DNA of 64,000 nucleotides from a virus, in the IMG/VR virus record IMGVR_UViG_3300033141_003168, positions 1-64,000 of that record, one strand, 5' to 3'. Position numbers and translations under genes: made by a program. The notes beneath the pieces are model-generated. The model made no database searches, had not been told where the DNA came from, and saw only the letters and a list, made by a program, of their open reading frames with translations. Positions within the stretch are counted from its first letter, which is position 1. Every line of letters starts with the position of its first letter. This document shows, piece after piece, positions 19,793-28,741 of this stretch.

Positions 19793-21871
19793 ATGGCAAG
19801 AAAATCGAGAGACACTTTTGATGTGACTAAACGGCGAGATAATGTTATTGCGCAAACTGGTACGCCTGTCGTTGATGCAGACAGAAATGAAATGTACGAC
19901 ATTCTCAGGGAACATTTAAGAAACGCAGTTGAGAATGCTTTTGGTAACGCTGCGGTTGGTACAAGCTTTAATGTTGTCCAGAGCGGTACGGATACCACAA
20001 ATAACTTTGCTTTTCAGCCGGGGCCAGGTTTCATGCTTAAAGGTTATCAGATTAATATAACCGCAGGTGTCGAGTACAAAAACCAAACAATTACTGAACT
20101 TGCATCTGTAACCGCAATCGGCGCCGATGAAATAACGGCAGTTGATAAAAATTGGATAGTTGATGAACTCATAGGTGTTGAGATCACTTTCACTTCGGGA
20201 GTGTTGAACGGAAACTCATACACCGTTCTTAGCAACACCATAAATGTAATAACGCTCGATACTGATGTTGAAGCCCTCGGCGCACTTGTTGAGGATCGGT
20301 TTGAAGTCGGTGTGCATGATCTGACAACTCCAATTTCGCCTCGAACGGATGAAGTGTATCTTCACTTGTGGGAGGAAGAAGTTAGTGGATATGATGATCC
20401 TACCATCGTCGATCCTACAATTGGTATCTGGTTGGACGACGCATTGTGTAGGCGGACTCAGTTACGAGCGGTCGTGCAAGTTGCCGAGAACGGAACTACG
20501 CCTTCGGATACTTCAACACATTTTTACATTCTCATTGCGACACTGGACAGAATAGCAAATGACGATATAGTGACAGGCGAAATTACTGACGAAAGACCAA
20601 CAGTTGCAGGCCCGATTTCTGCGCTTGTACACAATTTACTTGCGAACTTGCAAGGTGGCAGTCCTGCGGGTGGTTATTACCACATGATAGATTCACAGTG
20701 GGATGCGATTGAAAACGCGCCCACAACACCAAGTGCTTCAAATCCGTTTACGACTGTTGCTGATGTTACCGGCCTTGTTGGAAACTGGCGTGGTTCAGTT
20801 CAAGCCGCAACGGATTTACCTTCAACGGGAAACACAGACAAAGACATAATCTTCGTTGAGGACGACGAAACAATGTATTGGTGGAACGCAGAAGGTGTGG
20901 ATCAAGGTTCGCCGTATTATAAATGGTATCCGATTTCGACAGTTTCTACAGCGTGGCACGACGCGCAACATTCTGCTATTTATAATTCCGCACTCGCTAT
21001 TACTGCGGATCAAGCGGGCAACACAACTATTGGAACTCACATGGCGGATAAAGATGCGCATCAAGCAGGACTTCAGGAAATACTCGGAGTAAATGGTGTT
21101 TCAACAGGTTTTAAGGCAGACATTACATATTCAGCTACTGGCGCTCCTGTAATAAAAGGATTTCACAATCCCGGTTCCGGAACTGGTATTGGGCTTGAAG
21201 GTGCTGCGGGACTGGCAGCAGATCCCGGATTCGGAGTAAAAGGAATATCACAGGCAGTTAACGGCGCAGGAATTTTTGGTGTTGGTTTGGCTGGAAATAG
21301 TGATGGTGGATTGTTTGATGGTTCTGCCGGATCGGGAATTGACGTTAATTTGGTTAATGGGACTATAGGTGGTGCAGGCACAAGACCATCTTACAAGGGT
21401 AGCGCGATTGCTTTGTTAAGTGATGTTGCTCCAACCATCGGCGAAGGAGATATATTTCTGTTCGGAAAAGTTTTTAACAGCAATTGGTACTCCGTTTCTA
21501 AAACGGTAGCAGAAATGGGTACTATGGAAATTGTCATACCGGCAGATACAACCTTAAAAGGTGTCAAGATAGAGGTTTGTGCTTTATGTTTGTTGGTCTC
21601 AGGCCAGGCCTCATCATCTATTTTGAACATTACTGTTGATGAAGCGGGAGTTCCAGGCATTTTAGCAACCGATGAATATACCGTAACATGGCACAGCACT
21701 GCCAGTGGAATATCAGCATCGGAAGACAAAAGGGATCAGGCAAAAATTATGTATTATTTGACAGCGGACGGATGGGATGGAACTGTTGTGAATAAAATTC
21801 AAATCGGCCCGTATACCGCATCCACCACAGGAATGGGAAATATAATGCTTGCAGTTTCAGTGCTTATATAA
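19793..21871 (+). CDS. Tail fibre / receptor-binding protein
   Basis: N-terminal 'SRDTFD...QTGTPVVDADRNE' and 'VYLHLWEEEV...DP' (DUF6519-like); Gly-rich central repeats; last gene of tail operon. Confidence 0.7.
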   Translation: MARKSRDTFDVTKRRDNVIAQTGTPVVDADRNEMYDILREHLRNAVENAFGNAAVGTSFNVVQSGTDTTNNFAFQPGPGFMLKGYQINITAGVEYKNQTITELASVTAIGADEITAVDKNWIVDELIGVEITFTSGVLNGNSYTVLSNTINVITLDTDVEALGALVEDRFEVGVHDLTTPISPRTDEVYLHLWEEEVSGYDDPTIVDPTIGIWLDDALCRRTQLRAVVQVAENGTTPSDTSTHFYILIATLDRIANDDIVTGEITDERPTVAGPISALVHNLLANLQGGSPAGGYYHMIDSQWDAIENAPTTPSASNPFTTVADVTGLVGNWRGSVQAATDLPSTGNTDKDIIFVEDDETMYWWNAEGVDQGSPYYKWYPISTVSTAWHDAQHSAIYNSALAITADQAGNTTIGTHMADKDAHQAGLQEILGVNGVSTGFKADITYSATGAPVIKGFHNPGSGTGIGLEGAAGLAADPGFGVKGISQAVNGAGIFGVGLAGNSDGGLFDGSAGSGIDVNLVNGTIGGAGTRPSYKGSAIALLSDVAPTIGEGDIFLFGKVFNSNWYSVSKTVAEMGTMEIVIPADTTLKGVKIEVCALCLLVSGQASSSILNITVDEAGVPGILATDEYTVTWHSTASGISASEDKRDQAKIMYYLTADGWDGTVVNKIQIGPYTASTTGMGNIMLAVSVLI

Positions 21872-22221
21872 AAAACAACAACTCAATGATTTTTTTGTAT
21901 AATTAATATCACGTTTTATTTGTTAAGGCTTTTTAATCAAAATGTTTGAAATTTTTACTTGCGAGTAAATCATTTGCAAAACGTCCAAGCACTATTTGTC
22001 AATGTATAATTAATAAAGTTTTATAACAATTCTAACAAACGATTTTAGCCCTTGCCGATATAAACAACGTGCAAGGGTTTTTCGTTGCGTGGGCGCACCC
22101 TGACACGTATTAAAAACAAGTCTGTGCCGTATGCTCACACCCATTGTTTGAATTGTTGAGAGTTATTGAACGATTTCTTTCAGATTACATTCTACACGAG
22201 CATTAGTCAAAATTCCCAAAA

Positions 22222-22252
22222 ATAAACTACTACGGAAACCGGGGTAATTAAA
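22222..22252 (+). repeat. 31-bp imperfect palindrome, copy 4
   Basis: ataaactactacggAAAccggggtaattaaa. Confidence 0.95.
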
Positions 22253-22359
22253 ATGCGCTTAGAAACATTAGCTAATAACGTCGCGTTACCGCAACACATT
22301 TAAGACGGAAACACAAAAATGCTTGGTTTTATATAGCTTTTTTATTTTTTGAAAATGTG

Positions 22360-22388
22360 TTTACAAATGTCACTACAAACTGTATAAT
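22360..22388 (+). promoter_or_regulatory. Sigma70-type promoter pointing into the non-coding region
   Basis: TTTACA (22360-22365), 17 bp, TATAAT (22383-22388), AT-rich upstream tract. Confidence 0.7.
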
Positions 22389-22394
22389 GAATGC

Positions 22395-23465
22395 GATTGA
22401 TTGAACATTGAAAAATGCCGTAAGCAACAAGGCAGAACGGATCAGGAGCGGGGCGCAACGCACACAAGTTATAGTAATCAGTTTAGTCCCCATAGAAAAA
22501 CGATTCGATAAGCAACAAACTGTTACCTGTAGCATCGGACATGATGTTAAATGTTACAGACCGGTTGCGACGTTTTGATATTTGCTCAGGAAGCTAAATA
22601 TCATTATCCGCAGTTGTAAAATTAAATCGACCCCGACGCGAGGCGCAAACGTATGATTCCCCGAAAGGGATAAAATGATCTTCCAGAAAGATCAACACCG
22701 AACGTTCTGAGAGTTTATGAGATAACAGTGAAACGAAAATAAAGTTTCTGCTTACGCCCATACAGGACAACGTAAACCGGATAAGAAAATTAAGTGCGTG
22801 ATTTGGAATGTCGCACCTGTGAGTAATCCTTACGCGACGGGATCGCGGGACGAAAGCCTTAATGAAAGCCCACGTTTTCAGCGAACTGGAGGTTCAACGA
22901 AAATTAAATATAATTCATTAGCAATGAATGTATAGTGCGCGGACATAAGGGACAGGCCGAGAATATAAAGCAAAAACAAGTAAATTGTTTCCAGAGTATT
23001 GAAAGCGGCACAAGTAGCAAGGCCGACAAACTTATCACGAACAACACTTAACGGTACCTGAAAATACACAAGATGCACGGTGATCCGCTTGGGAGCTTCT
23101 TTTTCTCTAACAGGATAATAGTTTACGTTGTTATATAGAGGCCATAAGTTTCAGTGAGATTTGTCTGGTAAACAAATTTGACAGTGCGACCTGAGATAAA
23201 TGGCAGAAACAAATCGAAACAAGTTTTTAGAAATATGAGAAACGACAGAATGAGTGCATAGGCACAACGGCGATTGAACGCGGTGGCGGTGGAAAATAGA
23301 TTCTGTATTTCGTTTCCTACAGAAAACGGAAATCGGTTTTAATAAAAATGTAATTATACCCTGCGCCGATTCTGAGAAAAGTTTTTCTTTTTTTATTTTC
23401 GGCGCAGTCATAATTATTTTTCAAAAAAGTTTTCGCGTGGACGGTTTTTTTCCGTCCGCCTTTTT
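22395..23465 (+). ncRNA. Candidate large (~0.9-1.1 kb) structured non-coding RNA, family unassigned
   Basis: No + strand ORF of 60 aa or more; promoter upstream, terminator downstream; many local hairpins and an 11-bp perfect long-range helix (22767-22777 with 23121-23131). Confidence 0.65.
23437..23465 (+). terminator. Rho-independent terminator
   Basis: gtggacgg-ttttttt-ccgtccgc stem-loop followed by cttttt. Confidence 0.6.
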
Positions 23466-23620
23466 GTCTAGGTTTTTTCTGAGAAATTTTGTTCTGAGAA
23501 ATTTTCGTTATCCGTTTTTGTAAACGTGCTATATGTTTTTATTAATCTTTATGTCCTTGACCTTGACCTTGACTTTAAGTATTAATACTTCCGCACGCAT
23601 AAGCGCGCACGTACACGCAC

Positions 23621-24004
23621 GTGAGAAAAAAAGAAAAAAAGGAGAGAAAAATGAAAAAAGAAACAAAAGCGTGTGAAAATTTAACTGGTGTGAGACTTAA
23701 AAAACTTCTCCTGCGGGAAATTATTTCAGAAATTCAGCGGTACATGAAAACAAAACTTCTGGAGTTTCAAGGCGAAATGTACACGAATCCGAAAACGGGA
23801 GACGTTGTTCTGGAAGGATTTGCTCAGTTTAAAAAACGCAAGAAGATTTTCTGGACAGCGATTTATTCACAATCCGGAGAAAATATTAAATGCGAATTTG
23901 TTGGTTTTTCTCAGGATTTCCACGAAGCGCACAGAACGATTAACGAATTTTATACCGGATTCTGGAAAAAACAGTTTGACGAGGAGGTGGAGAAAATCGC
24001 ATGA
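23621..24004 (+). CDS. Hypothetical protein
   Basis: ORF with SD AAGGAG before ATG 23651 (likely true start). Confidence 0.55.
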   Translation: MRKKEKKERKMKKETKACENLTGVRLKKLLLREIISEIQRYMKTKLLEFQGEMYTNPKTGDVVLEGFAQFKKRKKIFWTAIYSQSGENIKCEFVGFSQDFHEAHRTINEFYTGFWKKQFDEEVEKIA

Positions 24005-24590
24005 GTGATGAGAATGAATGGATTGAGGGTTGGGAACAAAGGAAAAAAAGGAATACATTGGTTTGATAAATTTGTAGTGATTGCGGTCGAACAATTATCA
24101 AAGGATCCTCCTTACAAAGGATTATCCCACTACAAAATTTATAAGAAAATCTGTGAGATGGCTGAAATAGAATAAAAAGACAATGGTGTTCTTAATAATT
24201 GTAAATATCAAAACGGAATTATGCACATGACAAAGCAGGGCGCAAAATCCTTGCATTTATCAAACAATTTAGGAATTCGTAAATATTTTCCTATACTCCA
24301 ACGCACACATGTGTGCGATCATGCACATTAATTTGATTACCATTTTTTTTAGTTGGATAGCAAGCTATCTTGTCAGAACAATCTGAAAAAATTCATTAGT
24401 CATGATGAAGGGCAGAATCGGCATTGCCCGATGAAAAAGTATAGCTATTGTTTCTGCAATGAAGCAAGCAATAATGACAAAGATGACAAAGCCAATGAAG
24501 AAAAGACATCCCATCGTATGATAGCTCATTCGTGTTACTCCTAATAATTGGAGTTCAACTTACGCACGTGTTTTCCAATATGCAATACGC

Positions 24591-24854
24591 CTATTTTACC
24601 AGGACGCCCATTTTAACTGCCGAGAAGAACATAACGTAACCGCAGTTATTACATGCCATGTGAATGACGGGGAGTCCGTTTACAATATCGAGATTCGTCG
24701 TATCACCATCTTTCTTTAAGGTCGGCAGAAAACTTATTGAACCGGTTGACCATTCGTTGGAATTGCATTTGTCGCATGTATCCTTAATACATTTAGAATT
24801 GAGCCATTGCTGAACTTTAGCAGAATCTTCTGGTGATAAGCTCATATCAGCCAT
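24591..24854 (-). CDS. Small zinc-ribbon protein (IS cargo)
   Basis: CDKC...CNNCGY; SD AAGGAG on - strand. Confidence 0.65.
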   Translation of the reverse strand: MADMSLSPEDSAKVQQWLNSKCIKDTCDKCNSNEWSTGSISFLPTLKKDGDTTNLDIVNGLPVIHMACNNCGYVMFFSAVKMGVLVK

Positions 24855-25189
24855 TTTGTTTCTCTCCTTATTTAAATTTCAAATGTGAGGTAAATTTCAT
24901 GCTATCTAAAATCGACAAAATCAACAAGTTCAGAGAACATGTCGAAAACACGTACAATAATTGTCCGGCTGATCGACCTTCACCCTCAGGCTGTTTCTGC
25001 GAAATCCTCTGTTATGAGTTTCATTCACAACCGATCAATCCACGCATGAGGATAAAGACAGGCAATGACGGTTTTGAAACGGGACTCACATTCAAAGAAC
25101 TCGCCGCTAAGTGGGGCATCAGCGTTACGTTTCTCGGCGAACTTATTGCGGATCATTGCAGAAGACTCGACAAAGAGCAGTCGATTTAG
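24833..25189 (+). CDS. Hypothetical protein with HTH-like C-terminus (IS cargo)
   Basis: 'GLTFKELAAKWGISVTFLGELI'; true start likely ATG 24899. Confidence 0.5.
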   Translation: MISSYQPFCFSPYLNFKCEVNFMLSKIDKINKFREHVENTYNNCPADRPSPSGCFCEILCYEFHSQPINPRMRIKTGNDGFETGLTFKELAAKWGISVTFLGELIADHCRRLDKEQSI

Positions 25190-25341
25190 TTGCTTAACCT
25201 CTTACAATGGGCGCACTTCGGTAGGCCACCAGTTCCCGATACTTTGTTTTCAGGTTCGATGTTGTTTCCTTCAGTACACTTATCGTTGTCGTGGTAAACG
25301 TCTTTAGTCTTCTTCGAATGAAACGGCGCTACTTTTCCCAT
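25186..25341 (-). CDS. 51-aa His/Cys metal-binding protein (IS cargo, below ORF-track cutoff)
   Basis: MGKVAPFHSKKTKDVYHDNDKCTEGNNIEPENKVSGTGGLPKCAHCKRLSN; SD GGAGG upstream. Confidence 0.65.
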   Translation of the reverse strand: MGKVAPFHSKKTKDVYHDNDKCTEGNNIEPENKVSGTGGLPKCAHCKRLSN

Positions 25342-25593
25342 AACAATATCCTCCATGTGTGGTTTGGTGCAATTCCAATGTTAAGAGAGATGTTCCAAAA
25401 GGGTCAAGCAACCCCTAATATTATTTAGTGCATATAAGTACTTTGACGTAAATTATCTGGTTGAAAACTAAAAAAAAGGATGTGTTTCAACGTGAATAAT
25501 AAGAAACGCAGAAGAGACATTTTTGACAGAGGGCGCTCATCACCGTATAATCCTCACAAGAAAAAATCCGTGGAAAGAAAGAGAAAAATTCCG

Positions 25594-26319
25594 GTGACTG
25601 TTTGCATTGCTGCTTTATGTGAAGAAGGAAGTTTGGTAATTGGCGTAGCAGATAAAGAGGTGACCGATAGTGTCATAAAATACAACTTGCCAAGAGGAAA
25701 ATTGTTTCCTATTGTGAAGCAGAAGATAAGTATGATGATTGCAGGGGATGTAAGTCTCCAGACAGAAATCTACCAGAGATTAAAAAGAGATGTTGATTCA
25801 CGCTTAGAGCAGAATGCGGACGAAGATATTCCAGTTAAAGAAATCGCCTATCTGTATGATCGATATATGAGAGAGATTCCGGGTGAGAATAGCGAAGAAG
25901 AAGTTGAAATCCCTGATGTCGCAGCGATAGTTGCAGGGTTTGATTCTACTGGCGGACACATTTGGGAAATTCAAAGCGGAGCCGAAACTCCACGATGCTT
26001 GGATTTACCCGGATGTGCGGCGATAGGTATAGGTGGTGAAATTGCAGTATTACAACTTAAACGATTTCAACATACTCCAGACATGCCATTCACTCAGGCG
26101 TTGTTGTTGTCATACGTGGCAAAGAGGCGTGTGGATGAAATGATGCTTGGTATCGGAGAGCATACTACAATAAATGTTTGGGGACCGGTGCTTCCAGATA
26201 AATGTGGAATTGGCTTGGAAGACGAATTAGAAGAACTGTACAAGTACATAGTTAAGAAAGAATGGGAAATAATGGGGGATGCTGCAAATCAACTGGAATC
26301 TTTTTGCAGAGATTTTTAA
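25594..26319 (+). CDS. Proteasome beta-subunit-like Ntn-hydrolase (IS cargo)
   Basis: GTG start gives M-T-V-C-I-A-A; 'VIGVADKEVT', 'MMIAGD', 'IVAGFD', 'AIGIG'. Confidence 0.6.
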   Translation: MTVCIAALCEEGSLVIGVADKEVTDSVIKYNLPRGKLFPIVKQKISMMIAGDVSLQTEIYQRLKRDVDSRLEQNADEDIPVKEIAYLYDRYMREIPGENSEEEVEIPDVAAIVAGFDSTGGHIWEIQSGAETPRCLDLPGCAAIGIGGEIAVLQLKRFQHTPDMPFTQALLLSYVAKRRVDEMMLGIGEHTTINVWGPVLPDKCGIGLEDELEELYKYIVKKEWEIMGDAANQLESFCRDF

Positions 26320-26463
26320 AAAAGTTGAAAATTATTATATTCTCAACAGCGAAAAGTAGAAGTTGTCGCAGTAAATCAAACAGAAAAGAACATCAAAAAA
26401 TATTTCTTAAACAGAAATAATCGTTTGTAAGAATTTGTAACGACATCCATATTTGCATTTCCA

Positions 26464-26643
26464 CGCGGGATTCATGGTACATTTCATCACGTTTCAAAAC
26501 AGCATCTTGATAGATATTGCGATGAATTTTCATTCAGATGGAATTTCAGAAAAGTAACAGATGGAGAAAGAGCAGAAGAAGCCGTTAAGAATATGGAAGG
26601 AAAACGGCTGCAACTGAAAAATCTAATGGGTTGGGTTGATTAA
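26464..26643 (+). pseudogene. IS1595/ISXO2-like transposase, C-terminal remnant
   Basis: 'RGIHGTFHHVSKQHLDRYCDEFSFRWNFR...GKRL'; N-terminal part absent (in-frame stop at 26428). Confidence 0.85.
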
Positions 26644-26986
26644 AATGAGGAAATTAGAAAAGAAACTTATATGGTTGTCTTTTGATCTCAGTATTCGCGG
26701 GAATTATGAATCTGTATTTCAGTGGTTAGATTCCCATGAAGCGAAAGAATGCGGAAATTATACAGCAGTTATGGCATACCCATATACAAATGACCTTAAA
26801 GAAGAACTACTGACGGATTTACATGCGCATATAGAATTTAAGAAGCACGATAGAGTGTATTTGGTTTGCAAGAGCGAAGAGGGGAAGTCGCGAGGGACAT
26901 TTATAGTTGGTGGAAGAAAAGCTGCGCCTTGGGCTGGATACGCCATATCCGAGGAAGAAGATGATGAATTAGAAATTGAGGATTAG
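26636..26986 (+). CDS. Hypothetical protein, putative partner of the PIN nuclease
   Basis: 'IWLSFDL...Y..VFQWLD' ferredoxin-like pattern, acidic tail; abuts the PIN gene. Confidence 0.55.
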   Translation: MIKMRKLEKKLIWLSFDLSIRGNYESVFQWLDSHEAKECGNYTAVMAYPYTNDLKEELLTDLHAHIEFKKHDRVYLVCKSEEGKSRGTFIVGGRKAAPWAGYAISEEEDDELEIED

Positions 26987-27449
26987 TTGTTATATGTCCC
27001 AGTACAGATATATTTTAACAGATGCTTGTTTTTGGATAGGCGTTTGCGATTCCGGCGATAAATATTCCGATGATGCAACGGAAATGTATGAAAAAATTAA
27101 AATGGATAATAATCGCAAACTTATAATACCCTGGCCCATTATGTATGAAGTGTTAGCAACCAAAAGCTTTAAGCGAAAGCACATGATTTATAAATTCAAA
27201 GACGCAATAGACGAAAAAAGAAATGTGGAATTCATATTAGATGAAAAATATAGAAAAACTGCACTCATAGATACTTTTGAAAATGCTACAAAAAGAAAAA
27301 TTAGTTTGGTAGATACGGTAATGAGAAATATGCTTGTAGATTCTGATGTACATTTTGATGCTTTAATTACTTTTAATTACGAAGATTTTGTAGACATCTG
27401 TACTCTTCACAAAATACCCATTTGTAATACCGCATTGGAGATATATTAA
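26976..27449 (+). CDS. PIN-domain (VapC-like) nuclease
   Basis: 'ILTDACFW', 'IMYEVL', 'ISLVD', 'LITFNYEDF' acidic PIN residues. Confidence 0.75.
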   Translation: MRISCYMSQYRYILTDACFWIGVCDSGDKYSDDATEMYEKIKMDNNRKLIIPWPIMYEVLATKSFKRKHMIYKFKDAIDEKRNVEFILDEKYRKTALIDTFENATKRKISLVDTVMRNMLVDSDVHFDALITFNYEDFVDICTLHKIPICNTALEIY

Positions 27450-27450
27450 A

Positions 27451-27603
27451 GTGAAAAAGAAAAAGCAAACCGATAAGAAAACGGAAAACAAAACAAAATC
27501 CAAACGCAGTAGACCAATATCACTACATCCATTAACCCCGGAAGAAGCGTTGGGCGCATTTATGAAAACGTCCGCAAAGAAAAAGAAGAAAAAGAGGACT
27601 TAG
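27451..27603 (+). CDS. Small basic protein near the IS end
   Basis: 'SRPISLHPLTPEEALGAFMK', 50 aa, Lys-rich. Confidence 0.4.
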   Translation: MKKKKQTDKKTENKTKSKRSRPISLHPLTPEEALGAFMKTSAKKKKKKRT

Positions 27604-27672
27604 AACGGTATGGAGTATGCTTTGTCATGTGCATAATTCCGAATATCAAAATTCAGTTTCATAGGAGACTTT

Positions 27673-28380
27673 ATGTTAAAAATAATTTTTAATTACAAAA
27701 AAAGTTTAAAGACTTGTTGTGTTTCCGGCATCGTGATAGACGACATGTTTTATTTAATCAAACAGGCTTCATCATCTGAAGGAGTAAAATTTACTCCTAC
27801 AATACTTGATCCTTCCGGATTCGAAAGGGAGAAATATTACAGAAAAAGTTTGAAACGCGATTTTTCAGTTTTGTATTTGGGTAATTTGTTCACAACGACA
27901 AGAATTTTATATGCGAATAATTTGTATGCCACTTCGGAGGTAAAAGAAATACTAACGTCGGAAATTGATTTTACGGTTCACAAAACGGAACGCCTGACGT
28001 TTAGTTATAAAGATTCTGCGGAGAATGTATTTTCATTGGTGCGTAACCTTGCGACATTTCAAATTTCAGAGGATGTTGTAGCGCAGCGGATCGGGCGCGT
28101 TTGCGAACTGACAAATACAAAATTTCTTGGAACGCCGGAAGAACATATTAGTAAGTTACTTCGGATTAACAATTCAATTCCGGGTTTTAATTCGGCTATG
28201 GTCAAGGCAATACATGGTGACTATAACGCGCTTACCAAAATAAGTTCAAAATGGTTTAAATCCTTATCCTCCGTGAACACTAATCTTCCGGATAAGAGAC
28301 AAAAACGTACAAAACATAAAAAGAAAGAACGCGAGTGGTGTTTTTATCCGTCTGATCCAAGAAAGGAAATGTATGAGTAA
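27673..28380 (+). CDS. Hypothetical protein
   Basis: 235-aa ORF, SD AGGAG. Confidence 0.5.
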   Translation: MLKIIFNYKKSLKTCCVSGIVIDDMFYLIKQASSSEGVKFTPTILDPSGFEREKYYRKSLKRDFSVLYLGNLFTTTRILYANNLYATSEVKEILTSEIDFTVHKTERLTFSYKDSAENVFSLVRNLATFQISEDVVAQRIGRVCELTNTKFLGTPEEHISKLLRINNSIPGFNSAMVKAIHGDYNALTKISSKWFKSLSSVNTNLPDKRQKRTKHKKKEREWCFYPSDPRKEMYE

Positions 28381-28729
28381 AAAACGAAATCAAAATAAGC
28401 GGCGGGAAAAACGCGACGTACCGTTTCTTAGCAAACAGTTAGGGCGACAATTATCGTTCATAATGTGGCAACTTGAAAACAACGTACAAATTATTCAGCG
28501 TAAGTCGAATAACTCAACGGATCGCGGCTACACAGTACAGAGTGCCAAGTGTGATCTTATTTCTCTGAAAAACAGATTACGGATTTTACTTCAGCGGATT
28601 CCGCGTGGTACAATTTTATTTCTTAAAGACGGTACGCGAGTCAGCGTAGAAAAAATTGAAGGATTTATTTTAACTGTTACTGACGGTTCAAACTCTAAAG
28701 GCGTTTTGATAACAGAAGTTGATTTATAA
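28373..28729 (+). CDS. Hypothetical protein
   Basis: 118-aa ORF, SD AAGGA. Confidence 0.55.
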   Translation: MSKKRNQNKRREKRDVPFLSKQLGRQLSFIMWQLENNVQIIQRKSNNSTDRGYTVQSAKCDLISLKNRLRILLQRIPRGTILFLKDGTRVSVEKIEGFILTVTDGSNSKGVLITEVDL

Positions 28730-28741
28730 TTTTTCAAAAAA

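Larger units (their letters stand above)
24214..27641. mobile_element. Non-autonomous IS1595-family element with passenger genes
   Basis: Perfect 24-bp TIRs cggaattatgcacatgacaaagca (24214-24237) and tgctttgtcatgtgcataattccg (27618-27641); 10-bp direct repeat aatatcaaaa on both flanks (24204-24213, 27642-27651); internal IS1595 transposase remnant. Confidence 0.9.

Noticed and set aside
8351-21871. Chromosomal eCIS or tailocin rather than a phage
   Set aside because: Linked on the same strand to a phage-type replication module sharing the same intergenic palindrome; no cellular housekeeping context
22794-23300. Group II intron (GTGCG at 22794, 22936, 23184)
   Set aside because: No recognisable domain V, no RT/maturase and no interrupted gene on the flanks
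22329-23411. Three short minus-strand ORFs in the gene-free interval
   Set aside because: 66-86 aa, no motifs, opposite to the genome-wide strand bias and to the promoter
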